51,471 bases of DNA from Candidatus Thermofontivivens primus (GTDB lineage: Bacteria; Sysuimicrobiota; Sysuimicrobiia; Sysuimicrobiales; Thermofontiviventaceae): contig JAVKJW010000016.1 of NCBI GenBank assembly GCA_031458695.1, positions 1 to 51,471 of the forward strand, in the 5' to 3' direction. This document shows positions 19,301-27,534 of the stretch, piece after piece. Every line of letters starts with the position of its first letter. Position 1 is the stretch's first letter. A program made the position numbers and the translations under genes. The notes beneath the pieces were generated by a model, which saw nothing but the letters and a program-made list of their open reading frames with translations, did not search any database and was not told the origin of the DNA.

Positions 19301-19981
19301 GAGCTCTACATCACGCAGCTCCTGGACGTAAGATTGGTAGCGCTCGGCTACCTCCGCCTGCTGGGCCAGAGAACTGAGCTGAGAGTGGAGCTCCCTGACC
19401 AGATCGTCCAGACGTAGGAGGTTCTGTCCTACAGAAGCAAGGCGTCGTTCGGCCTCCACCTTCCTGCGCTTGTACCGGGCGAGGCCAGCTGCCTCCTCGA
19501 GGAGGAAGCGGCGTTCCTCCGGAGAGGCATCGAGGATCGCATCCACCTCCCCTTGCCCAATAAGCGCATACGACCGCCCTCCCAAGCCAGTCCCCAGGAA
19601 GAGGTTCTGGATGTCCCGCAACCGGCAGGGAACCCCGTTGAGAAAATACTCCCCCTCTCCTCCGCGGGTTGCCCTGCGGGTCACTGTGACCTCAGAAAAG
19701 TCCACCGGGAGCAATCCGCTGGTGTTGTCCAGGGTGAGGGAAACTGTGGCGAGCCCGAGGGCGCGCCGGCGTTCACTTCCCGCGAAGATCACATCTTCCA
19801 TGCGGGTCCCCCGGAGTGTCCTGACGCTCGTCTCCCCCAAAACCCACCGGATGGCGTCGAATAGGTTGCTCTTTCCGCTCCCGTTCGGCCCGACGATGGC
19901 CGTGATTCCCGGAGGGAACTCCAGCTCCGTGGGAATGGCGAAGGTCTTGAACCCCTGCAGTTCCAACCTCTTCAGGTACAT
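16316..19981 (-). CDS. smc: Chromosome partition protein SMC
   Basis: GFKTF, Walker A GPNGSGKSN, long coiled coils around a hinge, LGPVNLRAIEE, LSGGE, FDEVDAALD, ITH. Confidence 0.98.
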   Translation of the reverse strand: MYLKRLELQGFKTFAIPTELEFPPGITAIVGPNGSGKSNLFDAIRWVLGETSVRTLRGTRMEDVIFAGSERRRALGLATVSLTLDNTSGLLPVDFSEVTVTRRATRGGEGEYFLNGVPCRLRDIQNLFLGTGLGGRSYALIGQGEVDAILDASPEERRFLLEEAAGLARYKRRKVEAERRLASVGQNLLRLDDLVRELHSQLSSLAQQAEVAERYQSYVQELRDVELSLLIDDLLRTSRSLRRLGSQIKEVQRKLEETRRDRDNASTRLAGARAQAEAVTRALEEAQRELVRTLEEQGRVESEYRLLEEKIRVNRAQEAQMLQELNGVEEALVQCEEELRSLGTRSQEYVQQKASLEASIAEEERVMAELARKGSEAEERLEALRTDAVELARARSQAQNELASFQAKVSRIQAQVEGAQEQERKLLEELKELEHRRLTLWNEVETAQMVLSHAEESLNQVRARASTTQEELEALRKQEQALSLERQALLSRLQYLEEAQAQYTGYDTGTREVLLAQRKEPGMFPQVLGALGDLICVPPHLRKAFEAALHTRLSTLITGTWEEARTVLEWLKERGAGVSILPLDLLPPLPQPPGVIVGPGIIGRAVDFLSADGRVEDVLRVLLRNVLIVEDLETALRIHREGYPGGIVTLEGEAVSAEGVVQFLGFVNHEARILGRREEVEGTRKALSMVEGRLGEVERRRRDLTMELARLEATGKEGEATVQASRQTLLERQKELALLEEQLARLPRGIEEARGTRETLSEEMEEAMRRIQGLEREILELDKELEETERAAQQLQSEARALEERRRSVQERLLSLRVSLAEVHGGLEGITTRLQEREEERERLRSRSGALQQAVEALRVERASLEKALEETRGRLRGLEEILGQVREQLAFWESERERLATETSAFEEEWQRYHGLVAEQEGVLHRLEIKQAQLEAELEGRKRRIEEEFGAGWEDASTHLPRSMDRDEALGRIESLRGLIAALGPVNLRAIEERDRVEARLRDLRRHIEDLVATRDALVDLIGHIDSVLRVRFKETFAAVNREFGALFERLFNGGHARLELVSPEVPEKWDGQEGMTSSLLGSEGGTGLNGKARKEEGIEVLVQLPGKKQRPISSLSGGERVMVALALIFAMLRVHPSPFCVFDEVDAALDDVNTGKFTTLLKELAEKTQVIVITHNKGTMEASDVLYGVTMEEPGVSKLVSMRLVTHKQGVGTEVQIPS

Positions 19982-20000
19982 ACGAAAGCCTCCACCCCAT

Positions 20001-21188
20001 TCATCCCTGATTTAGCCCTTCTGGCTTTCCGCTTGATGAGATAGCCAAAGGTCTTGAGAGACGAAAATAGATGCGCTCCAGCTTTTCAACCAGGCGATCC
20101 ACTGCGAAGCTCTGCGCTAGCTCCCTCGCCTGGCCCCCCATCCTCCTCCGCCTCTCCTCATCGAGGAGAAGCTGGATCGCCTGCTCTGCGAGGGTTCGAG
20201 GATCTGGCGGCACTAGATACCCTGTGATCCCCTCAACGACTGCGTCTCTCACCCCTCCTGCGTCGACGGCGACAATTGGCAACCCAGCGGCCATTGCTTC
20301 CACAAGGACGATCCCTTGGGTTTCGGTCTGGGAGGCAAAAAGGAAAAGGTCGCTGGCCATGCAACAGTCGATCACAAGGGGATGTGCAAGGGCACCTGTA
20401 AAGACCACTGCATCGGAGACCCCAAGCGCCCGGGCAAGGTCGCGAAGGGAACGTTCCTCTGGACCTCCCCCTACTACAAGAAGAAAGGCCCCCGTCACCC
20501 GGTGGATCTCCCGGAACGCCTCGATCACAAGGTGCACGCTCTTCTCCTTGGTGAGGCGGCTGACCGTAATGACAACGGGCCTATCCCACGGGATCCGGAA
20601 CCGTTGGCGGACCCAAGTGGGATCGGCGGAAGCAAAAACCTCTGGCTCAATCCCGGCTGTGGGCACGACCTCGATCGGGGCCGTCACTCCATGTGCCTGG
20701 AGGAGTGTCTTGACCGCCTGGGAAGGAGCAATCACGCACTGGCATCTGTTGCAGTAGGCCGTCGTATACCGGAGCACCACAGGGCGGAGGATACGCGGGC
20801 TGATCAGGGGAACATAATGGAGGTACTCTGTGTACAGGGTATGGTGAGTAAAGACCAGGGGGATCCCCAGTCTCTTGGCTACACAGAGGGCAACTTGTCC
20901 CATCAGGAATGGAGAGTGCGCGTGGGCGACCTCAAGCCCAAGCTGGGGGATACGTCCGAGGATGCGCCGGGAGTAAGGGATCGCGAAGGGGAAGTCGGGA
21001 TAGCGGGGAAGGCGGAGGGAGGGGAACCGGAAGAGATCTCCGTCCTGATCATAGTGGCCGGGGTAGGCAGGGGCAAAAACATAGACCTGGTGGCCTCGCT
21101 TGCGCAGGGAACGGGTGAAGGCCTCCACAGACCGGACCACCCCACTGACCCGGGGGATGTAGGAGTCGGTAAAGATCCCAATCCTCAT
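20001..21188 (-). CDS. Glycosyltransferase family 4 (1,2-diacylglycerol glucosyltransferase-like)
   Basis: MRIGIFTDSY.P.VSGV, HAHSPF, FTHHT.Y..YLHY, SRL.KEK, FASQTETQGIVLVEAMAAGLP. Confidence 0.9.
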   Translation of the reverse strand: MRIGIFTDSYIPRVSGVVRSVEAFTRSLRKRGHQVYVFAPAYPGHYDQDGDLFRFPSLRLPRYPDFPFAIPYSRRILGRIPQLGLEVAHAHSPFLMGQVALCVAKRLGIPLVFTHHTLYTEYLHYVPLISPRILRPVVLRYTTAYCNRCQCVIAPSQAVKTLLQAHGVTAPIEVVPTAGIEPEVFASADPTWVRQRFRIPWDRPVVITVSRLTKEKSVHLVIEAFREIHRVTGAFLLVVGGGPEERSLRDLARALGVSDAVVFTGALAHPLVIDCCMASDLFLFASQTETQGIVLVEAMAAGLPIVAVDAGGVRDAVVEGITGYLVPPDPRTLAEQAIQLLLDEERRRRMGGQARELAQSFAVDRLVEKLERIYFRLSRPLAISSSGKPEGLNQG

Positions 21189-21207
21189 GGGTCACCTGGA
21201 GGGACGG

Positions 21208-21738
21208 TCATGGCGCCTCCTTCTGTTCCAGGAAAGCAAGCAGGTCCGAGAGCCGGAACCTTCGCTGGCCCCCTGCAGTCCGGATGCACGGGAGCTTCCC
21301 CTGATCAGTATACCTGCGGAGGGTCGCCTTGCTGAGGTTAAGGATCGCGCTCGCCTCGTGGAGGGTTACCTCAGGATCAAGGAGGCGCTGGATAATCTCT
21401 TCTCGGGTCTCTGTGAGTGGTCTTCGTCCCCCCTTACGGCGGACCTGGACATCTTGCCCGAGGTCGATAGGGAGAGGTTGCTGCCGGACAAGATGGACTT
21501 GAAGCTTGACCTTCGGGTCGCTGGAATGGCGAACCCGTTCCTTCTTGCCTTGGGAGGACTCTTTTCGCATGGGAGGTGGCTCCGGGGCCGGAGATCCCTG
21601 CTCAGGAACAGGGGGAGAGGCATCACCTGAAAGAGCTTGAGGACGTCCCGGTAAGGTGGTCCCTCCCTGAGAGCCCTGTACACGACGCATCTGCTCTTCA
21701 AGGTATCGATACCATTCGGACAGGCTGCGCATGCTCAA
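21208..21738 (-). CDS. BldC/excisionase-like (MerR-type) HTH protein with low-complexity N-terminus
   Basis: C-terminal TLHEASAILNLSKATLRRYTDQGKLPCIRTAGGQRRFRLSDL; Pro/Gln-rich linker. Start is TTG 21738 or ATG 21732. Confidence 0.8.
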   Translation of the reverse strand: MSMRSLSEWYRYLEEQMRRVQGSQGGTTLPGRPQALSGDASPPVPEQGSPAPEPPPMRKESSQGKKERVRHSSDPKVKLQVHLVRQQPLPIDLGQDVQVRRKGGRRPLTETREEIIQRLLDPEVTLHEASAILNLSKATLRRYTDQGKLPCIRTAGGQRRFRLSDLLAFLEQKEAP

Positions 21739-21785
21739 CCCACCCTGGAGAGGTTTTCTCGTGAAAACCTACCAGATGCTTCGCT

Positions 21786-22274
21786 TTATCCTGAGGAATT
21801 CCTTTTCTGGAGGAGCCTGCGGGATTGCTCTTCGATTTCTTGGATAAAGGCAGGCGCATCCTTCAAAAGGGAGGATGCGGTACACATGATGGATTCCCGG
21901 AGGGCAGGGTCGAGGTCTAAAGGGAGATCTCCCTCATCAAGAATGCGAGCCTCCCCAGTAGGCGTCACGAGGAGATCCACGGCAAGGTCCCTCCAGAACA
22001 ACCGATCCTCCTCGATTGTCGTGAGATCAGCGAGGTTGATGTAATAGGCAATGGTTGTACCGTCTGGGTGGATCCAGTGGTAGAGGTTATAGGGTCTGTC
22101 CGTCCAGAAGTACCCGACGGTAACGGTTCCCGGAGGGAGTTGGATCCCGGCAACCTCGCCTGGATTCTCCACAACGTAGAGGAGGATCACCCTCCCCTCC
22201 TCCCTCACCAGGAGGGTGCAGGAATACTCGTAGCGTTTCCCATCCATGGTCTGCTTAATCTCTAGGAAGTTCAT
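21786..22274 (-). CDS. DUF402 family protein (nucleoside phosphatase-like)
   Basis: FWTDRPYNLY, YYINLA, WRDLAVDLLV.P.G...ILDE motifs. Confidence 0.8.
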   Translation of the reverse strand: MNFLEIKQTMDGKRYEYSCTLLVREEGRVILLYVVENPGEVAGIQLPPGTVTVGYFWTDRPYNLYHWIHPDGTTIAYYINLADLTTIEEDRLFWRDLAVDLLVTPTGEARILDEGDLPLDLDPALRESIMCTASSLLKDAPAFIQEIEEQSRRLLQKRNSSG

Positions 22275-22287
22275 GGCGTGCAACTGG

Positions 22288-22725
22288 TTAGACGAGCGGG
22301 GGGAGACCCTGGAGAGCCCGAAGATACATGATCTGCCCTATATGATAGCTGTCATGGCCAAGGAGGAGAGCCATCTTCCTGGGCGCGCTCTCGCTGGAAC
22401 GCAGCGCTTTCAGGATCTCCTCGTGGGAGCGAAGGAAGCGGGAAACCGTCTCCTTCCATGCTTCCTCGCTCAGGTCCGAGGGTTCCTCCCAGTTCCGCCT
22501 CTCGATCTCTGCGTCGTCAGGCGGCACTCCTGTGAGCTCCCGGAGGAGGTACTCGCGCCAAAACAGGATATGATTGACGATCTGCCAGATGGAGTGCCGC
22601 TGGGGCTGGGGTTTCCAGGCTGCCTGGTCCACCGTAAGACCTTCTAGGGCTTTCCCCCATGGAACGTGCCAGAGACCCTCCCCCACGGCCTTCTCCCAGA
22701 GGTCTACAACTGTATCCCTGTCCAC
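22288..22725 (-). CDS. DinB/YfiT family protein
   Basis: AAWKP...RHSIWQIVNHI.FW and HDSYHIGQI (His triad). Confidence 0.88.
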   Translation of the reverse strand: MDRDTVVDLWEKAVGEGLWHVPWGKALEGLTVDQAAWKPQPQRHSIWQIVNHILFWREYLLRELTGVPPDDAEIERRNWEEPSDLSEEAWKETVSRFLRSHEEILKALRSSESAPRKMALLLGHDSYHIGQIMYLRALQGLPPLV

Positions 22726-22798
22726 GTGTTCTGGCCCTCCTCATTCCTCAGTCCATGACTCAGGTCGCCGGTTCCTACCCTTCCCTCAAAAGTCACTT

Positions 22799-22821
22799 CG
22801 GTGGGGGGATGACCCCCACCG
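22799..22821 (-). terminator. GC-rich hairpin 3' of tRNA-Pro (possible terminator or processing stem)
   Basis: cggtggggg-gatga-cccccaccg, a 9-bp stem; the U tract is weak and offset. Confidence 0.45.
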
Positions 22822-22830
22822 CCAAATCCA

Positions 22831-22908
22831 TGGTCGGGGCGGCCGGACTTGAACCGGCGACCTCAGCGTCCCGAACGCTGCGCGCTAGCCAAGCTGCGCC
22901 ACGCCCCG
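22831..22908 (-). tRNA. tRNA-Pro (CGG)
   Basis: Acceptor CGGGGCG/CGCCCCG, D stem GCGC/GCGC, anticodon arm CAGCG-TT-CGG-GA-CGCTG, T arm GCCGG-TTCAAGT-CCGGC, A73, encoded CCA. Confidence 0.96.
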
Positions 22909-22973
22909 ACATCTATGAGGACGGGTGTGGACCCGTCCCACTTCATTCTCGCAACACCCTTTGCGGCGACATC

Positions 22974-22982
22974 ATTGTATCA
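22974..22982 (-). promoter_or_regulatory. Extended -10 promoter element for tRNA-Pro
   Basis: TG-A-TACAAT about 65 nt upstream of the tRNA. Confidence 0.5.
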
Positions 22983-23084
22983 CCTACGATGACCCCATGA
23001 CAACCTTCCTTACCTCTACGGTTCCAAGGAATTTGTTGGCACGCCCACGCCACGGGCAAGCACGAGGAAAGGCTTCCGCACCTC

Positions 23085-24506
23085 TCACCGCGCGCAACCG
23101 CCAGCAGCACATCCAGTGCTGCACGTGGTGCATCCCTTGAGCTTAGTCTCTCTCCTGAGACGGGACGTCCGCGGGGTAGAGGCGAGAGAAGATCTATCGG
23201 AGAGAGGAATGAGGACAGAGGGACGACGCCTCCGTTCTGCCGGGTTTTGCACGGGATAGCCGAGATCTGGGAAATCGCGAAACCTCTCCCGGTACCCTCG
23301 TGAATTGGTCCCAGCCACAGCGCTGGAAAACATGGCTACCAAGGCCTCGTCGAGCTCCTCCCCCTCTGCGCCCTCTACGAGGCTGAGCTGAACCGCCTTG
23401 TGAAGACGGCCCATGGGCTTTCCATCGATGAGGATAAATGGAGCAGCATGCCCAGCACGGGCGCCGAGCATCCTCAGGTCTTCAAGAGAACCCACACGCA
23501 ACCCCTCACGGCGTGCCTTCAGGAGGCGTCTCGCGGTCGTAGGACCGATCCCGGGAATCCGCACGAGTTCCTCGTATCCAGCAGTGTTGATCTCTATTGG
23601 GAATCGCTCTGGATGGTGCAGAGCCCAGACGAGTTTTGGGTCGAGGCTATAGGAGAGATTACCCCGACCATCGAAGACCAGCTCTTCAAACCTGAATCCA
23701 TACTTCCGGAGAAGCCAATCTGCCTGGTACAACCGATGTTCACGGAGGAGAGGGGTCGGCGGGTGCTCCTCGAGTGGGGTCTGGGGCACTGGCTGGAAGG
23801 CACTGTAGTACACGCGGCTTAACCGGTATTCCCGGTACAGCCGATTCGCCGCAGAGAGGATGTCGAAATCGGACTCCCCCGCGGCACCAACAACGAACTG
23901 GGTCGTCTGGTCCGCCCGGATCCCATCGCGCCCAATGAGGGAGGCGATCTGGCGCACACCCGCCCACAACTCTTCGCCCCGCTTCCTTCCAGCCAACCGG
24001 CTCAAGAACTCTGGCGTGGGGGCCTCCAAGTTTATAGAGACACGGTCAGCGAGCTGCATTGCCCGTTCAATGAGGTCTGCGCTCGCCCCAGGCATAATCT
24101 TGAGGTGGATATACCCCTGGAACCCGTACCGCTCCCGCAGGATCTCCACGGTCTCTAAGAGCCGCTCCTGGGTCTCGTCCACCCCGACAATCCCCGAGCT
24201 CAGGAAGAGACCAACCACATCCCTCCGCCAGACCATCTCCATAAACCCCTTACTCAGCTCCTCTGGCTGCAGGAAATGGCGGCGGACGGGACGGCCTGCC
24301 CTGTTGTTGCAATAGAAGCAGTCATACATGCAGGCATTGGTTTGGAGGATCCGAAGCATCCGGATGGTCCTGCCGTCGGGAAGCTTCGTGGGGTAGATCC
24401 ATCGGTCGTATGGAGCACGCTGGCGATGGAACCCTTCACCGCAAGCAGTACAGGTGTCAAACCTCGCCTCTTCTACCAGGGGTTGTATCTTTTCGAGGGC
24501 AATCAT
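23085..24506 (-). CDS. Putative DNA modification/repair radical SAM protein with HhH domain (TIGR03916-like)
   Basis: LQTNACMYDCFYC (CxxxCxxC), GLFLSSG, YIHLKIMPG, ADRVSINLE, RVYYSAFQP, REHRLYQADWLLR.YGF, DPKL.WAL, HhH RIPGIGP, QLSL. Confidence 0.92.
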   Translation of the reverse strand: MIALEKIQPLVEEARFDTCTACGEGFHRQRAPYDRWIYPTKLPDGRTIRMLRILQTNACMYDCFYCNNRAGRPVRRHFLQPEELSKGFMEMVWRRDVVGLFLSSGIVGVDETQERLLETVEILRERYGFQGYIHLKIMPGASADLIERAMQLADRVSINLEAPTPEFLSRLAGRKRGEELWAGVRQIASLIGRDGIRADQTTQFVVGAAGESDFDILSAANRLYREYRLSRVYYSAFQPVPQTPLEEHPPTPLLREHRLYQADWLLRKYGFRFEELVFDGRGNLSYSLDPKLVWALHHPERFPIEINTAGYEELVRIPGIGPTTARRLLKARREGLRVGSLEDLRMLGARAGHAAPFILIDGKPMGRLHKAVQLSLVEGAEGEELDEALVAMFSSAVAGTNSRGYRERFRDFPDLGYPVQNPAERRRRPSVLIPLSDRSSLASTPRTSRLRRETKLKGCTTCSTGCAAGGCAR

Positions 24507-24516
24507 TTCGAACTAA

Positions 24517-24545
24517 AGTATAGCGAAACTTTGTTCGAACTGCAA
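24517..24545 (-). promoter_or_regulatory. Promoter of the radical SAM gene with a LexA (SOS)-like box in the spacer
   Basis: TTGCAG-N17-TATACT; the spacer holds CGAAC-AAAG-TTTCG (24524-24537), one mismatch from CGAAC-N4-GTTCG. Confidence 0.7.
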
Positions 24546-25020
24546 GCATCCACGGATATGAGACGAACTACCGGAGAGATCATCGTCCCGGCCTTGGATT
24601 GCCTTATTCTCTCCGCAACCCGCTTCCTCAGATGGTCACTTCTTCCTACAAGGTGTTCGGTTCTCCCGATAAGAAAAATACCGCCTCGGCCGGATACCGC
24701 AAATTTGCCGTTGGTTGTAGTCTAGAACAAGACAAATGAGGTCCAATTTGGATCCTATGCATTGGCCCAGGAGGGCTATCTAATCTGTATACTCCGGGAG
24801 TTGACGAGGTATCCTCGTGATGCTCTCCTGGCCCGTGAAGAGGTCGCACGCCACATACGGCTACACCTCAGGTAGCGATCTACCTGCGGATTGATGCGAT
24901 TCCCGTGAAGTGCCGGGCTCGTGGGAAGAAGCAGGTCTGATCTGGATTTTGGAAGATGCGCATGGTCGCCCTGAAGTTCTCAAGACTCACCCACATTGGC
25001 GCGAATGGGAGGCGGAGAGC

Positions 25021-26400
25021 ATGGATGCGTTGATCCTCGCTCGCTGGCAGTTCGCCCTCACCACGATCTTCCACTTCTTCTTTGTTCCCCTCACTATCGG
25101 GCTGGCGTTCCTGGTGGCCCTGATGGAGACGATCTATGTCCGAACCGGCCAACAGGTGTACAAAGACATGACGAGGTTTTGGGGGAAGCTCCTGCTCATC
25201 AACTTCGCCATGGGCGTTGTCACAGGCATCGTGCTAGAGTTTCAGTTTGGCATGAACTGGTCGGAGTACTCGCGCTTCGTCGGTGACATCTTCGGTGCGC
25301 CGCTCGCGGTGGAAGCACTGTTGGCGTTCTTCATGGAGTCCACGTTCCTGGCGGTTTGGCTCTTCGGCTGGGATGTGCTCTCTAAAGGTCTGCACCTGCT
25401 GAGCATCTGGTTGGTGGCGCTAGCTACAACCATCTCGGCAATGTGGATCCTGGCTGCGAACTCCTTCATGCAGCATCCGGTCGGCTTCGTGGTACGTGGC
25501 GGTCGTGCCGAGATGACGGATTTCTTTGCCCTGATCCTCAACCCGCACCTCTGGGTGCAGCTCCCACACACTGTCGCCGCGGCGTTCACCACCGGAGCAT
25601 TCTTGGTGCTCGGAGTCAGCGCGTACCACTTAGCCCGCCGGTTTCACGTGGACCTTTTTCGGCGGTCGTTTCAAATCGCCGCGATCATCGGGCTAGTGGC
25701 GATTGGACTGACCATCTTCTACGGGCACCGGCAGGCTCGATACAAGGCCGAGGTACAGCCGATGAAGATCGCCGCCGTCGAGGGTCTTTTCGAATCCGAG
25801 AATCCCGCCTCTCTCTCGCTGCTGACCATCGGCGACCTCCGACAGCGCCGTGAGGTCTTCGCCATCCGCATCCCTCGCCTTCTGAGCTTGCTCGCCTATA
25901 ACCAGCTCACGGGTGAAGTCAAAGGAATGGATGAGCTCCAGGAAGAGTACCAAGCCCGGTACGGACCGGGGAATTACATCCCACCACCGGTACTCATGTA
26001 CTGGAGCTTCCGGGCTATGGTCGGTGCCGGATTTGTTCTCCTCGTCCTCGCCGTGTACGCGATCTTTCTGGTGATGGCCGAACAGCTGGCGATCACCCCA
26101 CGGACGGCGCGGCTCTTCGTCTGGGCCATTGCCCTACCCTATGTGGCCAACACGACGGGATGGATCGTCGCCGAAGTGGGCCGCCAGCCGTGGATCGTTC
26201 AGGGGCTTCTGAAGACCGAAGCGGGCGTCTCCCCGAACGTTCCCGCAGGCTCCGTCCTGCTCACGCTGATCAGTTTCACGACGGTCTACTCTGTGCTCAC
26301 AGTGGTCACAGCCTCCCTGCTGATCCGGTTTGCGCGGCAGGGCGCGGTAGTGGGCACAATCGATGAGACGCCGCCCCCCACACTCGCCAGCGGGGGATAG
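25021..26400 (+). CDS. cydA: Cytochrome bd ubiquinol oxidase subunit I
   Basis: LARWQFA.T..FH.FFVP, NFAMGV.TGI..EFQFG.NWS.YS, ANSFMQHP, QPMKIAA.EG, GWIVAEVGRQPW. ATG 25021. Confidence 0.97.
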   Translation: MDALILARWQFALTTIFHFFFVPLTIGLAFLVALMETIYVRTGQQVYKDMTRFWGKLLLINFAMGVVTGIVLEFQFGMNWSEYSRFVGDIFGAPLAVEALLAFFMESTFLAVWLFGWDVLSKGLHLLSIWLVALATTISAMWILAANSFMQHPVGFVVRGGRAEMTDFFALILNPHLWVQLPHTVAAAFTTGAFLVLGVSAYHLARRFHVDLFRRSFQIAAIIGLVAIGLTIFYGHRQARYKAEVQPMKIAAVEGLFESENPASLSLLTIGDLRQRREVFAIRIPRLLSLLAYNQLTGEVKGMDELQEEYQARYGPGNYIPPPVLMYWSFRAMVGAGFVLLVLAVYAIFLVMAEQLAITPRTARLFVWAIALPYVANTTGWIVAEVGRQPWIVQGLLKTEAGVSPNVPAGSVLLTLISFTTVYSVLTVVTASLLIRFARQGAVVGTIDETPPPTLASGG

Positions 26401-26416
26401 GAGGAGGAGTAAAGAC

Positions 26417-27433
26417 ATGGACCTTAACACACTCTGGTTCATCCTTATTGGGGTGCTCTATACCGGCTTCTTCGTCCTCGAGGGTTTCGACTACGGGGTT
26501 GGGATCCTGCTGCCGGTGATCGGCCGAGACGATGCCAAGCGACGGGCGATCATCAACACGATCGGGCCGTTCTGGGACGGAAATGAGGTATGGCTCCTGA
26601 CAGCAGGGGGCGCGACCTTTGCTGCTTTCCCGCATTGGTACGCCACGTTGTTCAGCGGCTTCTATCTAGCGCTGTTCGTCGTGTTGCTCGCCCTCATTGT
26701 GCGAGGGGTAGCCTTCGAGTTCCGGAGCAAGAGCACCGATCCCCGGTGGCGGGCAGTGTGGGACTGGAGCCTATGCATCGGGAGCGGGATTCCTGCATTC
26801 CTCTTTGGCGTGGCCTTCAGTAACATCATCCGTGGTGTGCCCATCGATGCCCAGATGACCTACGTGGGGAGTTTCTTTGACCTACTCAATCCCTATGCAC
26901 TGCTGGGCGGCCTGACGCTCCTTGCAGTCTTCACTCTCCACGGCGCCACCTTCCTGACCCTGCGCACGACAGGAGACCTCCAGGAGCATGCTCGGGTGGT
27001 GGCCCGTCGGCTGTGGATGCCGACGGTGGGAATCGCCGCGCTGTTCACCGTCGCCACCTATGTGTCTACCGATATCCTGACCAAGCTCGGTGTGAACCCT
27101 GGACCGGTGCCCGTCGGGGCCGCCGCGGCCCTGCTCACCACCGGGGTGCTGATTTCGCGTCGCTGGGACGGCTGGGCGTTTGCGACGACCGCCTTCGCCA
27201 TCCTCTTGACGTCTGCGACGTTCTTCATGATCCTCTTCCCGCGGGTCATGGTCTCAAGCCTGGATCCGGCGTGGAGCCTCACCATTTCTAATGCCTCAGC
27301 CTCGCCGTACACGCTGAAAGTGATGACGATGATCGCGCTGATCTTCACGCCATTCGTCCTGCTCTATCAGGGTTGGACGTACTGGGTGTTTCGCAAGCGT
27401 GTCGAGCCGAAACCAGAGACCCTCACATATTAA
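26417..27433 (+). CDS. cydB: Cytochrome bd ubiquinol oxidase subunit II
   Basis: LEGFDYGVG, IGPFWDGNEVWL..AGGA.FAAFP.WYA, RGVAFEFR, YQGWTYWVFR; strong RBS before ATG 26417. Confidence 0.97.
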   Translation: MDLNTLWFILIGVLYTGFFVLEGFDYGVGILLPVIGRDDAKRRAIINTIGPFWDGNEVWLLTAGGATFAAFPHWYATLFSGFYLALFVVLLALIVRGVAFEFRSKSTDPRWRAVWDWSLCIGSGIPAFLFGVAFSNIIRGVPIDAQMTYVGSFFDLLNPYALLGGLTLLAVFTLHGATFLTLRTTGDLQEHARVVARRLWMPTVGIAALFTVATYVSTDILTKLGVNPGPVPVGAAAALLTTGVLISRRWDGWAFATTAFAILLTSATFFMILFPRVMVSSLDPAWSLTISNASASPYTLKVMTMIALIFTPFVLLYQGWTYWVFRKRVEPKPETLTY

Positions 27434-27534
27434 GCTCTTATGCGTGTGCGATGTCCGCGAGCTCGCTCCAGAATCCCCGCAACAGATTTTGGGGTGCCCG
27501 ATTCCATAGTGCCGGGACCTCTCCTGGACACCCG

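Noticed and set aside
8195..21335. Other long plus-strand ORFs (8195-8986, 10872-11831, 12756-13505, 13562-14353, 15200-15928, 20316-21335)
   Set aside because: All lie antisense to clear housekeeping genes in GC-rich DNA and show no family motifs.
21208..22908. Integrated element at tRNA-Pro with the HTH gene as excisionase
   Set aside because: No integrase, no duplicated tRNA 3' end seen, and no phage or conjugation genes.
24715..24730. TTGT-N8-ACAA upstream of cydA as a Rex or Fnr site
   Set aside because: Spacing and inner bases do not fit Rex (TTGTGAA-N4-TTCACAA) or Fnr (TTGAT-N4-ATCAA).
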